Shown here: positions 59,301 through 64,000 of the stretch, one piece after another
Layout of the letters: every line of letters begins with the position of its first letter
Position numbering within the stretch: the stretch's first letter is position 1
Source of the DNA: Macrostomum lignano
Taxonomy: Eukaryota
NCBI GenBank assembly: GCA_002269645.1
Contig: NIVC01000003.1
Span: forward strand, 186,001 to 250,000
Direction of reading: 5' to 3'
DNA: 64,000 nucleotides
Position numbers and translations under genes: made by a program
Notes under the pieces: model-generated
Database searches by the model: none
Seen by the model: only the letters and a program-made list of their open reading frames with translations
Told to the model about the DNA's origin: nothing

Positions 59301-61055
59301 GATCGGAAAGGAGAGTTTTATCTGAACTCAATTTCGCAGCTCCGGTCCGGACGGGCTGGTTTCTTCCCCAATATTTATCCAGGCGGTGCTGCCTGTCCCC
59401 GGGGATTAAGGGAGTCTATTTTCTCAGCTTAAAAATGCGCCACTCCCGGGCTGCGGGCCTCGAAGGCTGGCATACGGGACCTGAGGTCAGTGGCGGCAGA
59501 TTAGCCCCCCATGTTCCCCTCCTCTCAAGCAGCAAAGCTGGGAATATTTTTGTCAAAAAGTATTCAACTGTGTGCGGCCTCTCCAACTGGTGCAGCTGGC
59601 AACACGGGCGGGGACTGCAGGCAGCGGAGCCCCGTCACTGAAGTGGCCTTTGTGCCGCTCCGTGCAGCCCCTGGACCGGGGCGGCGGGAGGGGGGTTGGC
59701 AGTGCAGGGCAGATGCGATTGCAAAGCGGCTTTTTTCAATTCGCTTAACTTTGCAGACTTCCTGTCGGAGCGGAGCTGTCAGGGAGCTGTTTGCCCTGGC
59801 GGGCCGGGGTGGCTGCTGTTGGCCCGACTGTCAGGCAGGCTGTCTCGCTGAGGGGGTTCAGCGCAGATCAGTCAAAGTGAAGCCCCTGTCAAATTCTTAT
59901 TGAAGATTGTCGCGCTCTTGAAAAAGTCTGTTCTTCTTCTATTGAAATGCTTTCATAAACACGGGACAGTCGGTTCTGTTCTGCGCGGTGGCTTTCCGAG
60001 AAATGCCCTCTTGTAAGCATTGGCGCTACCAGAGCGGTGGGTCCGTGGATGCAAACACGGAGCGACGCTCTTATCTGCCTGATGTCAGTCAGTCAATGGG
60101 TGTGTGCTGGCACCTCATCAACTTGGAGTTTCAGATTTTCGGATTAGCAAGTTAAGATACTCGTATTAGCAATTCATTCCAGGTCAAATGTGCTTCTAAA
60201 TCTGAGGGCCTCGCACGGGCTGTTCCGAGAATCAGATAAAAAATGGCATGCAGGTCATTAGAGCCGCTGCATATTGTTGGGACATTGCACAGTGCAGGGT
60301 CAATGGCAGGGAGTTCAACAGGCAAATTTCTCTCTTTAAAGTTTTACGGGTTCTGTCAGGTCACGCTTAACTTTTATAGTTCTTCAGAAAGAACAACTAG
60401 AGGGCAGAGCTGCACTGGGGAGTTCAGAAGCCGCAACCAGATTAACTCACGAAGGCTTGCTTAAAGGCCATTCAATCTTCAAGGTCATCGCAAGCCAGAC
60501 GCCAAAAGCTTAAAAACAGAGCAGTATATCAGCAAAACTCAATCCAAGAGAATTTATAGAGACAATTGAGATCGCTGCTAAAACCAGCAGCTGCTCATGA
60601 CTTACGGGGGGCTTGCTTCTTTCCTGAAAGTGCAAATACTAAGCAATGTTAGGTGGTGACGCATTTAAAGCACACTTTTTTAACTCGCCGGAGGAAAGGA
60701 GACTTTAAGCATGGCTGGGGAGGGGCAGAGTGGGGCGTGAGGTTGGGCTCCGGAGGGTAAGAAAAGCAATTTGTACATTTGTACACCCGCGAAAACGGAT
60801 GAAGTGTGCGTGTATAGTCAGCTGACTGCTTAGCTTTGATTTGCCTTGAAACATAAATTTCTCACGCAGACGTTGACATCTGATTTGTTCTGTTAGCTGT
60901 TATCGATTTGAGTTTGCGCCGTTAGAAATAATTAACTATTGAAGCAAAGTCGAGCCTATCATCACCAAAGGGAATTTCCGGATTGAATTCTAAATTGGGC
61001 GCAAATTCAAACAGATAAATGAGACTTAAAACCCGCAGGCTGGAACCGAACTCAA

Positions 61056-64000
61056 TCAGTAGGTGGGCGTCTCCACCCTGAGTTCGTGGCACGAGCCCCT
61101 AGGCGAGTTCTGGCAGCTGTGGACCTCGGTCACGTGGATCTGCGGAAACAAACCTCTCTGGTCGGACACCTGCAGGGCGGCGGCCACGCTGAGCCGGCGA
61201 GGTCGGCCGTCGCCGCCTCCGGTCTCCAGGGCCTCCTTGGCCTGGGCGGCGGCCTCTTCGTCCTGCTTCTGCAGCTCGGCCTTGCAGAAATGATCGACAA
61301 TGCCAGCGCCGAACGCGTCGCCGACCACGTTGATCGAAGTGCGCAGGCGGTCGCTGCGGAATTCGGGGGTAGGCAGTTTGGATAATTAATAGATCGCCAG
61401 GTGCTGCTTGTGCGAAGTTTCCAACTAATTTGGTGGGGTCTGGTGCAGACATGCTTTGCCTTGGATTTGTGCTTCAAACCGCGAAAAGTTAATGCGGACT
61501 CGAACCCGGGACTCTCAGATTTTTCTAGCCACCATTGTAGCTCTCTCTTAAAGTGCAGATAGTCCTCTCTACTCCAGCCCGGGTAGATTGCAACAGTCTG
61601 TTTGCATTTTAGTCAAAACCTCTTCTCTTTGTCACTGCGGAGCTTCCTACTGCAGGGCGGCGTTGCCAGCCTCAGGAAATAAATTAGATACGACCGTTGC
61701 CTGCAATCTGCCGCACTTCATCCCTGGCTTCGTGACTCTGCTTTGCAAAGGAACTTAGCTCGTTCTGCTTGGCGGAACGCCCCCCCCCCTAGCCCCACTC
61801 CCCGGGTCCTTGTTGCCTTCGCGAGGCCCAGGTCAAGCAGAGATGCCAGCTCTAGCGGAAGAAAGCACACCCGATCCGCGAGTTGTCTGTTTTGCTTGTA
61901 GTTTTTTGCTCTTTTTGCTTGCTGCTCGACACTGCTGGACTCGAGCGAAGATGCAAGGCGGGCTGGGTGGCCGGACAGGAAGCACAGGTGCACTGGGTGC
62001 GACCCGAACCCGCCCAGTGCCTCAGCCCAGCACTGGGACTGTCTTAGCAACAGAGTAATAAAAAAGCACTCGCAGATGCATCGCAGTAAAGCCGAGAGCC
62101 AGACAGAAAGGTGCGTGAAGGTGAGAGAAGTGTCCGGGTGGAGTGAGCGGGAGACGCAGATGGCGCAGCCCTGATCCGCCGCTGCCACATGGCGAGTGAC
62201 GTCAGGCGAATGGAAGCTGGGCAGATTCTTCAGTAATTGACTTTCCGCTAATGCAATAAATACACCTAAAACCCTGTCCGGGCGGGCGCAATTGTGCTGT
62301 ACCACCAAAGGAGCTGTAAAATTGCTACTTGCCGCTTGCGTTATATCCTTTGTTGTTTAATTAAATCTTTGACCTCTACTCTCTGTTCACTGCTGTCACT
62401 CCAAACCCTTCACTGTCACTCTAAACCCTTCTCTGTCACTCCATATACTTTAATGTCACTCCAAACCCTTCACTGTCACTCTAAACCCTTCACTGTCACT
62501 CTAAACCCTTCACTGTCACTCAAACCCTTCACTGTCACTCTAAACCCTTCACTGTCACTTTAAACCCTTCACTGTCACTCTAAACCCTTCACTGTCATTC
62601 CAAACCCTTCACTGGCCCTCCAAACCCTTCACTGTCACTCTAAACCCTTCACTGTCACTCTAAATCCTTCACTGTCACTCTAAACCCTTCACTGTCACTC
62701 TAAACCCTTTAATGTCACTCCAACCCTTCACTGGCCCTCCAAACCCTTCACTGTCACTCTAAACCCTTCACTGTCACTCTAAACCCTTCACTGTCACTCC
62801 AAACCCTTCACTGTCACTCCAACCCCTTCAATGTAACTCCAAACCCTTTACTGTCACTCTAAACCCTTCACTGTCACTCCAAACCCTTCACTGTCACTCC
62901 AAACCCTTCACTGTCACTCCAACCTCTTCAATGTAACTCCAAACCCTTTACTGTCACTCTAAACCCTTCACTGTCACTCCAAACCCTTCACTGTCACTCC
63001 AAACCCTTCACTGTCACTCCAAACCCTTCACTGTCACTCTAAACCCTTCACTGTCACTCCAAACCCTTCACTGTCACTCCAAACCCTTCACAATCACCCC
63101 AAACCCTTCACTGTCACTCACAGCAGCCAGTCCACAGCCAGGATGAGCGAGATGTCGTCAGTCGGCAGGCCCACGGCGGAGAGCACCAGGATCATGGTCA
63201 CCAGGCCGGCGCTGGGGACGCTGGCGGCTCCGATGGCGGCCAGGGTGGCGGTGAAGCTGCAGTGGTTCGGGCGGATGGTCTATCAGTGAAAGGCGACAGG
63301 AGGCCCACAGCGGGAGCAGCAAGCGGAATTCCTTGCAGTACATTTCTCACCTGACAACGATGATCTGCGTGAAGCTCAGCTGGAAAGCGTTGACCTGGGA
63401 GATGAAGATGCTGGCCACGGCCTCGTACAGGGCAGTGCCGTCCATGTTGATGGTGGCCCCGATGGGCAGCACGAAGCGAGTGACGCGCTTGTCGATGCCG
63501 TTATTCTCCTCCAGACAGCGGAAGGTGATGGGCAGCGTGGCGGCGGACGAGGCGGTGCCCAGCGCGGTGATCCAGGCCTGGAAGATGCCGCGGAAGAACG
63601 TGACAGGATTGCGCCGGGTCAGCAGGAAGAACGAGATGGCCAGCGTGCCGCAGGAGTGGATGATGAGGCCCAGAATCACGGTGAGCATGTACAGGCCAAG
63701 GCTCTGCGCGGTGCTCGTCAGGTCCTTGATCAGCAGGATCTTGCTCACGATCAGGAAGAAGATACCGATGGGGGAATACCTGCAGATGGACATGGGCTGG
63801 CTTTGAGCTGGTTCAATGGGGCAGATCGGCAGACTCAAGCTTTGCCGCTTCAACTTAGTTTCTACGTGAAGTCACGATCGCCTGATCTGCTCGGATTAGT
63901 GGACTTGGCTGTCTGAGCTAGCAATCATATCATAAGTTGAGATTGCTGAAAAATGGTTGAGTGCTCACTTACCACATGATGACCTTGACCATGCGCATCA
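61056..64000 (-). CDS. SLC1A/EAAT excitatory amino acid (glutamate/aspartate) transporter, 3' part
   Basis: Phase-consistent exons >64000-63973, 63779-63351, 63256-63122, 61353-61056. MW|YSPIGI, HP1 [14 protein letters not shown]7 [13 protein letters not shown]2 [18 protein letters not shown]8 AVDWLL|[19 protein letters not shown]. The Arg in DRLRT indicates acidic-substrate specificity rather than ASCT. Confidence 0.96.
61495..61545 (-). mobile_element. tRNA-derived SINE-head-like fragment
   Basis: Minus strand AGCTACAATGGT (A-box-like) ... CCCGGGTTCGAGTCC (B-box); no full cloverleaf. Confidence 0.35.
62395..63120. repeat. 20-bp minisatellite AAACCCTTCACTGTCACTC(C/T) abutting the EAAT donor
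   Basis: On the minus strand the intron begins GTGAGTGACAGTGAAGGGTTT, continuous with the repeat unit. Confidence 0.95.

Noticed and set aside
56400-60900. Short ORFs between the GACA array and the EAAT stop
   Set aside because: No homology or exon structure I can support; treated as intergenic or UTR.
61495-61545. tRNA gene
   Set aside because: Only box-like motifs, with no acceptor or anticodon stems; kept as a low-confidence SINE fragment.

Overview
Eukaryotic (metazoan) genomic DNA. GC-rich exons, minisatellite-filled introns and a (GACA/TGAC)n background resemble the flatworm Macrostomum lignano; the species is an inference. Five protein-coding genes can be rebuilt by hand: (1) an ERG-type KCNH potassium channel (+, 5'-partial, 1-16058); (2) a CCDC66-like centrosomal/ciliary protein (+, 24765-39084); (3) a two-exon SID-1/SIDT gene nested antisense in CCDC66 intron 7 (-, 35568-31308); (4) a UPF0489/C5orf22-like protein with an N-terminal hydrophobic anchor and no clear ATG (+, 40533-51464); (5) the 3' part of an SLC1A/EAAT glutamate transporter (-, 64000-61056). 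Mobile DNA includes a very young full-length Ty3/Gypsy element (17901-23095, LTRs differ by one T, CATC TSD), an internally deleted piggyBac in a KCNH intron, a tRNA/CORE-type SINE and a satellite-carrying MITE-like family. About 25 tandem arrays are present. The least explained signals are intronic minisatellites built from 5' splice-site consensus sequences (some seeded from the real exon-intron junction), a 1.2 kb CpG-free island upstream of CCDC66, an orphan Lifeguard/TMBIM fragment, and a possible SL-donated AUG for the UPF0489 gene. Exon boundaries were called by eye without RNA evidence or database searches.
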